Of a stretch of DNA of 64,000 bases, positions 12,232 to 22,030 are shown in pieces. The stretch lies in contig RHPI01001715.1 of assembly GCA_009103225.1 (NCBI GenBank), forward strand, positions 1,082,011-1,146,010, given 5' to 3'. Source of the stretch: Chlorokybus atmophyticus (taxonomy: Eukaryota > Plantae > Mesostigma and Chlorokybus algae). Below the pieces are notes generated by a model, which saw only the letters and a list, made by a program, of their open reading frames with translations, was not told the DNA's origin and ran no database searches. Each line of letters opens with the position of its first letter. The first letter of the stretch is position 1. The position numbers were made by a program, and so were the translations under genes.

Positions 12232-13600
12232 CTAACGCAAGTGAGGAGGGCCGTTGGTACGGCAATCGTCGCACCAATACTCCTCCATGGGTATCGCGTC
12301 CAAAGGTGACTCCAGACAGTAGCAATGCAGGCCCTTGTTGCAGCCATCGCAGAGCATCATGAGTGCGTCGTCGCCGGCGCTGCCGCAGCGTTCACAGCGT
12401 GTGCTGCGCGCGGGACGAGGGTGCTGGATACACCCGAAGCCGGCTACGTAAGGAAGGTGACATGGCGCACAATTCACCATGTTGTCCTTCAACCTCTCTC
12501 CGTTTTGACCAAGGAGGTCCAGCACCCCTGTGGGGTACACTTTGAGTACCTTGTAGACGGTGCGGCCTACGGAGGTGTCAAGCGTGTCTTTGGTGGCCGC
12601 CATGCGATAGGCAAAGTCCCCCGCTTGGAACCGCCGTTGGCGCTCCTTGTAGAAGCCGCTGCGTACGCGCTCGTAGCGCAGCGTGTCGCGATGCTGCGCG
12701 ATGCGCAGGTTGTTGAAGGCCATGGGGACGGTGCGCTCGCAAAGTGCGGCTCGCGTGGTGATGTCGTGGTGCATCCAGTCAGGGTCGTCGAGGTTGTTCA
12801 CGACGCGATCCACCTCCTGCTGCGCACGGAAGGGGAGCAATGGTGGTCGCCCGAACAGCAGGTAGTACGGGCTGTACTCATGCAGAGCCGCATGCTTTGA
12901 CAATCGATATCCGAGGGCCCCCCACGGGAGGTGGTCATCCCAGGTGTTCTTCTCGTACTCCAGCACGTATTTGCGGAGTGCCTTCTTGATGGTCTGCACT
13001 GTACGCTCGGCGAGACCGTCGGCTTGAGGGTGATCACGCGAGGTACGGCGATGGTCGATGTAACATTTGTCCAAGAGGGTGTCGAATTCCCCTCTGAACT
13101 CAGTACCTTGGTCAGTAATGACCTCGGCGCAGCTGCCAAATCGGCTGAGAACGTGAGAGAGGAAGGCTTGCGACACCCCCCTGCTGCTCTTGTCGGGTAA
13201 TGGTACCAGCACCACCCATTTGGAGAAGTGCTCGATCATGACCAGGATGTAACGGTTGCCACGCGCTGAGGGTGCCAAGTCCCTCAAGATGTCGAGCCCC
13301 CATCGGTAAAAGAGACCGGAGATGGGGAGTGGGTGCAAGGTGGCGCTACGCGTGTTGAGGCTGGCGCGCACCATGTCACACTGCTGGCAGTGGCTGACGA
13401 ACCCCTGCACCTGTTTTGTCAACCCATACCACCAATATTGTGCCCTCACTAGGCTAACTGTACGCTTGACACCGAAGTGTCCAAGCTCAGTGTGGAGGGA
13501 AGTGATGATGCCCTCGCGTGTGACTGGTGTCGGCACTTCCTTGTCTTCGTCATGGAACCGGCGATACAGCTTGTCACCTGCTCATCGATAGTGACGGGTG
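12232..13600 (-). pseudogene. Integrase (HHCC + DDE core) with C-terminal PHD finger
   Basis: LHTELGHFG...CQQC; WGLD; TDQGTEF; HPQADGLAER. PHD CERC...LCDGCNKGLHCYC...WCDDC at 12262-12396. Frameshift to the upstream pol near 13580. Confidence 0.9.
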
Positions 13601-15540
13601 CGTTGGTTGACACGGTCCTTCTCTCGGGCACTCATGCCGGAGGGAAGCTGGCCACTTTGAAGGAAGGAGAGTGATGGCTTGTCCCGCCATATGTCCTGCC
13701 TGGTGTCAGTGGGCGCCAGCTCTGTGTCATCAACTGCAATGTCGGCTGCGTGGGCGTCTCCCAAGGGTGTGGTTGCCGCAGGGCCGGTAGGCTCAAGGGC
13801 AGAAATCTCCTCTGCCACTGCTGAGGCCGTGGTGTTGGTCTTGCGCCCTGAGCGCAACGCGGCAGCAGCAAACATGGCTGCCATGGTGGGGGCTATTGCT
13901 GCAGGGACAAGCTCATGCCGAGCTCCAGTTGCGTCGTTGGTGCTGAGGTGAGGGTTGCGACTGAGGCCATCGGCGTCTTGGTTGGTGAGGCCAGCGCGGT
14001 GGTCGATCTCGAAGTTGTACTCCTGCAACAGCAGGGCCCATCGAGCAAGTTTCCCTGTCAGATGTTGGTTGGTCATCAGCCACTTGAGGGGCTTATGATC
14101 GGTGATCAGTTGGAACTGCCGACCAAAGAGGAAGGGTCGGAAGAAGAAGAGCCCACATTGCAGCGAGGCACTCCCTTTTGTAGCTGCTGTAGTTGGCCTC
14201 GGCGCTGTTGTTGCTCCGGCTGGCGTATGACACCACCCGCTTCTTCTTGTTCTCACCGTGCTGCACCAGCACCGCTCCCATCCCCAGCTTGCTCCAGTCG
14301 GTGTGAAGGATGAAAGGCTTGGCGTAGTCCGGACGTTGAAGGATGGGAGCGGTGGTGAGCCTGCTCTTCAGCTCCTCAAAGGCCTGCTGTTGCGGCTCCT
14401 TCCATGCGAACTCCACCTCCTTCTTCAGTATCTCGTTGAGGGGCCTTGCGATCTTCGCGAAGTCCTTCACGAACCGGCGACAGTAGTTGGCAAGTCCCAA
14501 GAAAGCGCGCAGACGTGTGAGGTCTGTCGGGGCAGGGATAGCTGCCAGAGCCTCTACTTTTGCCTGCTGCACATACACACCATGGGGCACAATCATGTGC
14601 CCTAAGTACGGCACCTTGTGGGTGAAGAAGGTACACTTGTCGGGGTGTATGGTCATCCCCACTCCCTTGAGTCGTTCCAGCACCGCTTCGATGTGCTGAA
14701 GATGCTCCTCGTTGCTGCGGCTAAAGATGAGGATGTCATCGATGAAGCACCGCGCGAAGTCCAGCCCCTTCAAGGCCTTGTCCATGACGCGTTGAAACTT
14801 GGCGGGGGCATTCTTCAGCCCGAACGGCACTACCTTCCATTGGTACAACTGTCCGTTGCCCCAGAAGGAGGTCTTGTGCTTGTCCCCGTCCTTGATGGCG
14901 ATTTGGTTGTACCCTTGACGCATGTCCAGGATGCTGAAGATTGTGCAGTCTCCCACATCATCAAAGATACCCTCTGCTGTGGGCATGGGGTACCTGTCTA
15001 GCTTGGTCTTGTTGTTGACGGGGCGATAGTCGCCACACATGCGTTGCTGTGTCCAGTTGCCTGCTGAATCCTTCTTCAGTGGCATGACGGTTGCTGCTGC
15101 GAAGTCCGATGTGGACTCTTCGATAAGGCCTGCATCAAGCAGCGCTTTACATCTCTGTTCCACCAGGTCCTCTTCCAACTTGGAGAGCCTGTATTGCCGC
15201 CGGAACACCGGCTCAGTGTCCACCAGCTCGATGTCCATTTGGTACACTGAGCATGTACCCAATTTCTTCACATTGAAGCTGAATTGGCTCCTCCATTTGT
15301 TGAGGAGAGCCTCCAGCTTCTCTCGAGTGTCTTCTGTGGCCAACGGGCCAATGGCATGGTCCCAGGAGGTTGCATTGGCAACCACGGAAATGTCCTCCAC
15401 TGTCACTGCTGCTTGCTCCTCCAAATGGACCACCTCGAGGGCTGTGTGAGCTGCTTTGGTGTCGGCTGATGGAGGCAGGAGTGGTGGATTCACCACCCAT
15501 GAACCCAGCGACCATGGTTGTTGCGGCGTTGGTGCTTTCC
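13582..15540 (-). pseudogene. Reverse transcriptase - RNase H
   Basis: RMCGDYRPVN, LDMRQGYNQ, PFGLKNAPAKFQ, FIDDIL, LHTDWSKLGMGAVL, ITDHKPLKWL. Frameshift near 14250. Confidence 0.95.
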
Positions 15541-17605
15541 ATCACCGGGGACAGCGTGGTGCCAAGAGTGCTGGCACCTGCTGTCGTGGTCGGTGTGGAT
15601 GCCGACGGTGTCGTCGACGACGTCGTCCCAGCAGTGGTTGTGGCTGCCGAGGCAGCACCATTAGTGGCGTCCAATGATGCCGCTGTTGACGACGCGCCAG
15701 CTTCCCTGCGCGCACGTCTTAATGGTTGTACGTGTGATGGCGTGGGAGTGTCCCTATTTTGTTTTGGTGCCATCAGCGCCCACCTAGCAGCATAGCAGGC
15801 TTGATAGTCCTGCTCCTTGTTCTCCTCTAGCTGTGCCACGCGCGCCATCAGGGCTGCCACTTGGTCAATAGCTGGTGGATTAGCTGGTGCCTTTACAGCA
15901 GCAGCTCCAGCGCGAGGACGTCCCTCAGGTCCTTTGTGCTGTGGAGGGCGGTTTTTCCCTCTGTAGCCAGCTTTTTCCCTGCGGGCCCCGGCATTGTTGT
16001 TGTTGTTGGGGTTGTGGCCACCAGCGTTGTTGCCATTGTTGCGACCACCAGCGTTGTTGCTGTTGTTGTAGCCGCCAGCGTGGTTGCTGTTGCTGTAGCC
16101 CCCGTTGTTGGTGTTGTTGGTGTTGTTGTTGCCGCGGTAGCCAACAGCGTTGTTGCCGTTGTTGTAGCCAATAGAGGGCCGCAGCTCAGAGAACTTTAGC
16201 CAGCATACTGTCTCCAAGTGTCCCGTCTTGTGGCAGTAGTCGCACACAAGGTTGCCGTGCAATCTTCGGTGCACTCTTTTTTGTAGTGGCCATGCTGACC
16301 ACACCGGTGGCACAGCACTGGAGCCACAAGGGCAGCATGAGCTGACCGTTTATCCTTGTTGTGGATGCCTTACGGCTCTCGGCTGCGGTCCCGCCGAAGG
16401 GGCTCTGCACTTGTGCCTGCCATAGGCCGCGAGGCACTGCGGTTGGTGTCCAACAGTGCTTTCTCATACACCGCGCGCTTATGGATGGCTTGTGCAGTCT
16501 CGAAAGCTTCCTTGAGGGTGTAGCCGAGGGGCCTGCTGTAGTTCAGCGTCAGGCGCGTCGACTCGCTCAGGGTGGGATCCAACTCGGCCACATACACCAC
16601 TGCTGCCGCCTCTTCACTGACGATCTTGTAGTCAGTGTCTTTAAGCAACCCTTCCAACCGTGAATACAGTCGGAGAGGGTCCTCGTGGGGCTTCCGTCGA
16701 AAACGCCTCAACTCCTCCACCTTGCTGTTGATTTGAGGTGGGAAGGTGCGCCGGAGTGCGGCGTAGAGGTCCTTCAACGGGGAGTCCGACATGGCCGCGC
16801 CCACCGTAAGCGCGGGTGCACGCAATGCCACTGAGCCGAGAGTGAAAACACTGCCTTCCGATGGAGCACGCGAGTTCGGTGTTGGTAGCAGAGGCGTACC
16901 TATCTCCAATGCTGCAGCTTGCTGCTCCTCTTGTTGCTCCCTGATAATAGCAGCGGTGCGGTTAAGTTTCCTGATCCGGCGCTCGGCCTTCTTGCTCTCG
17001 ATCTCTGCAGGAGTCGATGAGGCCACTACCACCTCAACTTCTTCATTCTTTGCCTTCTCCATGGCTGCAGCTAGAGTGAGACCCGTGACTGAGGCTGGCG
17101 GGGCCGCTGCTACAGGGACAGTAACCGATAGGCTATGCAGTGACGTGGAGGCTATGGTGCTAGCCAACTCGCCATAGCCATCAATCTTGTGCAACTCAGC
17201 GACGGACTTCCACACATCATGTGCTTCGTGATCAAGGTATTGAGCGGACACATGAAACGATACCTCATCGGTCCAGTCCTTGCTCTTGAAGGCGTGCTGC
17301 CGCATCTTAGAGTGGAACTTGATGATGAACTCGTCAAGTGAGGTGGTGCCAGGGCGTCCGGAGAAGCGTAAGGAGTTGGTTGAGCTGGAAGGCTCCATCT
17401 CCTCGTCGTCACTGTCCGACGGTGGTGGAGATGCTCGTTGTCGAGAAGTGGAGTGAGAGGAGGTGAAGCCGGAGACGGGGCGTGAGCCTCTGCTGCTACG
17501 GTAATCGCTCCCTTCACTTGCGCGCTCGTAGGTAAGGTTGGAGGTTGGGCTCCAGCTGTTGAGGTTCCCTTCTTCTATTGGCGAGAAAGGGGTGGGCCTG
17601 CTCAT
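15540..17605 (-). pseudogene. Gag with two CCHC zinc knuckles and an Asn/Gly-rich tract
   Basis: FSGRPGTTSLDEF gag-like motif. In-frame TAA at 16370-16372 is followed in the same frame by CHRCGQHGHYKKEC. A frameshift then leads to CDYCHKTGHLETVC and NNAGG repeats. Confidence 0.8.
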
Positions 17606-17804
17606 ACAGCTGATGCGATTGTGAAAGTGGATGAAGGGTAGAGTGTTTGTGCTCTATAATGGGATCTCCAATGCTGCTATCACCCAACACACTAGCGCTT
17701 GTGCGCGCTATGCGATGACGGTGACAACAATGCACTGCGATGTGTACAACTAAAGATTGCGATGCTGATGTGCAGCCTGCAACTACACTCACTTGAGCAA
17801 AGAG

Positions 17805-17819
17805 GGTGACACTGTGAGT
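17805..17819 (-). other. Candidate self-priming primer-binding site
   Basis: No TGG/tRNA-type PBS. Perfect 15-nt complement of 18097-18111 inside repeat X1. Confidence 0.65.
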
Positions 17820-18416
17820 CAACAAGCCACTACTATGGGTAGCGCTGTTTACACAGTTCTTTGCATGAGTGGAAGAGAAATTACACTGTTAAGTGAGGTG
17901 AATGAGCAAGCAACACGTGGATGCTATGCCCTGACTGATGCCAACAAGAACACCGCGACCAAGTACACCAGGCTCACAACAAGGACAAGCACAGTGCACA
18001 AGAACATGCACAGGCTCTCACACGGTGAGGAGATTCTCGGGAACCGGGACGGCGTATTTCGTAGTTCAAGTCGCTTCACAAGCTCTTAGCTTTCTCACTC
18101 ACAGTGTCACCAGCTGATTTGGTGAACACTGTGCCTACATATACAAGTCAATTCATGACTGTCCAGAACATAAACTAACGGTCATATCGAGGCTATTTCC
18201 ACAAGAAAACCCCACTCGTTATAGAACTTATAACTGAACTCACATTTGAACAGCTACGCGCGGTGCCTATGTAGGCTATAGTCATGAGCTACTCTAGAGA
18301 CATGACCTAGCTACTGGTCAGTGACGCGCGCGGGTCGCCATGCTGGTAAGCCGGGCGAGAGTCTCGCTGTAGGCATGCCCGATGAAGACTGGCATGCCCG
18401 GGCGACAGGCATGACA
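17817..18416 (-). repeat. Split repeat X1 (5-prime terminal, 600 bp; presumed promoter/R/U5)
   Basis: Direct repeat of 11339-11943. Begins TGTCATG on the minus strand. TATA-like TGTATAT at about 18139-18145. Confidence 0.95.
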
Positions 18417-18499
18417 AAGCAGTTTACAAGCATTATGTACAAGCACAAGCATTTTTATCATTGCAGCATCCAACACGAACGTGCCTGGTTGGAGCATGC

Positions 18500-19990
18500 A
18501 GCCTCATGGCCACAGCGCATGGCCATGAACATCAAGTATGCTGCGACAGATGCCTCCTTATTGAGGAGTCCTCAACGTACACTCTAGCGATTTTTTCAGC
18601 TGGACTTACATCCTTGACCCTCGCCCCCTGCAGAGGCCATGTTGACTGCGGAGTCAGCGGGAGCACGGCCACAGTTTGATGAAAATGTGAAATTGGAAGT
18701 GGTTTGCACGCGAAGCCTCCCCAGGTCCTTTCGAGATACGTGACCTCATACAGCTTGGCCTTCTCTTCAGAATAACTTCCCGCTGTCCATAGCGAGCAAA
18801 CTTTCATTTTTTGTGCGCTAATAGCGACACGAAATTCGCTAAACGGCTAGCAAAGATATCCACCTTCGCCACAACTGCGTGCGGAGTATACGTGGTACAA
18901 CTTACCTCACTTGGCCCACACCCACAAGGAGCACCACACATGCGTTGTACTCTTTAATGTTGCCTGTCCATCTGGGCCTTTAATCTCAACAACCCACACA
19001 CTCTCAGCTCCATGCCTTCTCTGAAATTGAAGCATACTCGCCAGCGCACCGACCATGTCCGTAGACTCTCCGTTGATGTGCATAATGCTCTCATCATGAT
19101 CGAAAGCGCATATCACGATCGTGCTCAAGTCGCACATGAACAGCAAGTTCAACAACCGTTGCTGCGCTTGTAGGCCGGACAACCAATCTTGACGGTTGAT
19201 TCCGCCAAACCCTTAGTGATCCACAAGCAACTGAATGGCTTGCAGCTACTGTGGAAATCGTGATAAAATGCAGGATGGTGCAGATACTATCAGAGTAACA
19301 AGCTGTGGCATAGCACTCAGCCCTGCAATCAGCATTGGTCTGCGTGTAGGCGCTGCCTGCTCATCACCATTCTTCTCTGCAAATTCCAATCGGAGCACTT
19401 GCAATTGGTTGCATGCCACAAGTGCGCTGAGGTTTGGCTAGAGGGAGACAGTGAGATACGCAGCTCTTGCATGTTCTTGCAGCAGCTAAGGATAAGAGCC
19501 GGATTGTGTGTGTGAACATCACTGACTTCACCAAGAAAGCACTCCACCAATGTGACCTCCGGAAACACTTCTCGAAGCAGCTTCAACCCCTCACAGCTCT
19601 TGTGCCACAAGAACACCCGCAAAACGAATGCCGTGTTGAGGGCGAAGCGCTCTCCCGCATTTGCTTGACAAGACTTCAGCACACCACAAAGACTCTTGCG
19701 CTTGTTATTGATGATGTCCACATGTTGCAAGAAACGCTTGTCACTTGGAGCACGTCGCAGAATACCTTACACACAAATTGCAACCGCGCAACATCATTCT
19801 GCATCCGCAAAGTGCTGCGAGTATGGTGGGTTTTGCTTCAGCTGTTTATGCTTGCACATTGCACAAGTTGTGCTTACCGCTGTGAGAGATGCCTTCAACA
19901 AGAACTTTGTCAATAGCCCCTCGTTAAATGACAGGAGTTGCGAACTTGAGAGATCAGAAGAAAGGCAAGCTGTTGGATCAAAATTGTGTG
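18500..19990 (-). pseudogene. Decayed, apparently intronless F-box/LRR-like gene
   Basis: LLSFNEGLLTKFLLKASLTAVSTTCAMCK resembles an F-box. It is followed by LRR-like LSCCKNMQELRISL, LVACNQLQVLRLE, LSAMPQLVTLIV and LQAQQRLLNLLF across frameshifts and stops. Confidence 0.45.
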
Positions 19991-20600
19991 ACACCACACA
20001 CAATATTGCAAGCACGCATTGAACATATAAGTAAGCTGAATAAAAAAGCGTGCTGATGCTCGCTGCGCTCTTTCTTCCAATACAACCTTGGTAAAACAAA
20101 CTTGAGAAGTGCATCCATGGTTGAGTGCTAAAGCCACTGCACTAGCCCGCTGTTACATATCAATGCGGTCAGTAACGTTACAATTGCCATAGCCCTGGAC
20201 CACAGGTGATGGTATGAAAACAATGGCAATTACCAGGCAGGACAGAATGTCAATGCAAGTTTGGAACTGTGCTTGTGCAGACAAGTCCCGAAGCAGACTG
20301 TTGGAGGACAGGTTGCGGGAATTCTTGTTGTGGCCGGCTCTAATTGTCGGTACTAGTGCTATTTGTGTGCCATGCCAGTGCAATGGCCACGAAGCACAGC
20401 TTGCTTAACTTATTGTGTGCACACTTACATCGCAATCATTGCATAAGTCATGCACACCTTTTTATTCAACCAACACCCTCTCCATTTGCAAAGTTTGCTA
20501 TTGGACAACAGACACACATTGCAACGCACAGCACCCCAAACCGTGTGTGGAGTCATGTTTTGTCTGCGCATTCCCTTATCATATATATTTATCGCAACCA

Positions 20601-20602
<2 letters not shown>

Positions 20603-20678
<76 letters not shown>

Positions 20679-20793
20679 NNNNNNNNNNNNNNNNNNNNNN
20701 NNNNNNNNNNNNNNNNNNNNNNNNNNNNNNNNNNNNNNNNNNNNNNNNNNNNNNNNNNNNNNNNNNNNNNCCCCCCCCCCCCCCCCCCCCCCC
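20603..20793. other. Poly-C-flanked assembly gap
   Basis: C homopolymers on both sides of an N run. Confidence 0.95.
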
Positions 20794-22030
20794 ATCAGCA
20801 AGCAAGCAAGCACGTCATACCTACTGCCCTTCGCCACGCATGCGCCTTCCACGTCACATCAATCAACGCCGCCTCCGCCTCCGCCTCCGCCTCCGCCTCC
20901 GCCTGCGATGACTGTGCTTTATAACAACGAAACGCACTAGCAAGCTTTGCCGTCAAATTCCCTGGCAAGGCGGAGGTGGCGGTTTGGAGGAGGAGGAGCA
21001 GGAAGAGGTGGCAAAGCTTCTGCTCATGCAAAGGCTTTATGTCTGTCGTAGGTGCGTGTGGCTGTTGCGTGCACCCTCAGCTATTGCTGGTGCATGCTGC
21101 CTGGCAAGCTCTGCTGCTCCACTGAATTGTTGAGCAAGCAGCTGCTGTTCACTAGGTTATAGTTGCTAGTAGGCATTCAATCATTTATCAATTAAGTACC
21201 ACTCGGGTGCAATGGTGATGTTACTGCTAGGCATAAAAGCACATTAGCATATTCGGTAGTGTGCAGCTCTCACGATATACAAGGCAGTCAAGCCCATGCA
21301 TCTTGCTCTACCTCTATGCTGTTTTGTATGTTGAGAGGACAGGTAGTGTACTGCAAGTTATGCTAGTTTCTGTTGGGTCAAGTACATGCCTTGAAGTGGG
21401 TTGCCAACTGCCGCGTGCATTCACCTTTTCGTGCCTTGCACTTGCATGCAAGCTTGCTAACACAGCAACAGCTCTTGCTGTTTATACGCATGTGGAGTCA
21501 GCTGCGTGTCCACCGCCACTTAGGCTGCCTTGTGTGCAACTAGTCAGCTTCAAGCTACCAGCGGTAGCCATGTTGAAGTTTGGATACAAATGTTGGTTGC
21601 ATGCACCAATATATGTTTATATGTTGTCGACGTCCACATATTGTCACAAATGGTACACTGCATGTTGGGTGTGTTACATCGTGTGTTCACCTGTGCACCT
21701 TGAGTTAAAAAATGCTAGCTGTCGGCAACTTTGGTGCATGCCTGCTCGTGTTCATGCGACCTTGCATAAACAATGGTGCTCGTTGATTACATCCTTGGTG
21801 AGCTGCTCATGGATTCCTATCAGCGCTGATCTAATGGGAAGCAACATCTACATGTACATACCAGCACGCGTTTTCAATATTGAAGTTGTTCATAACATAC
21901 CTATAAAGCACATGATTCATACTGCCGCATCAATGACATATTTTAATACAACTAGCATGCGTTCACGCGATCCATTGCGCATTATTTCGTGTATTTATGC
22001 TAATGCTTAATATAAAAGAGATAAACCACC

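Larger units (their letters stand above)
11112..18416 (-). mobile_element. Ty3/Gypsy-like retrotransposon with split direct repeats (X1-gag-pol-Y1-X2-Y2), slightly decayed
   Basis: gag, RT, RNase H and DDE integrase on the minus strand. Termini TGTC...GACA. AAGC is duplicated at 11108-11111 and 18417-18420. X repeats at 17817-18416 and 11339-11943; Y repeats at 11946-12187 and 11112-11352. Confidence 0.9.

Noticed and set aside
12325-15795. Several plus-strand ORFs antisense to pol (e.g. 12325-12900, 13915-14313, 15039-15449)
   Set aside because: They are GC-rich shadows of the minus-strand coding frame. No independent domains, unlike the antisense ORF of REM1.
20344-20940. Poly-Pro/poly-Gly ORFs
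   Set aside because: Artefacts of the poly-C run and assembly gap.
21261-22010. 249-aa plus-strand ORF
   Set aside because: Non-ATG start, Cys/Tyr/Leu-rich composition typical of non-coding sequence here, and no motif.
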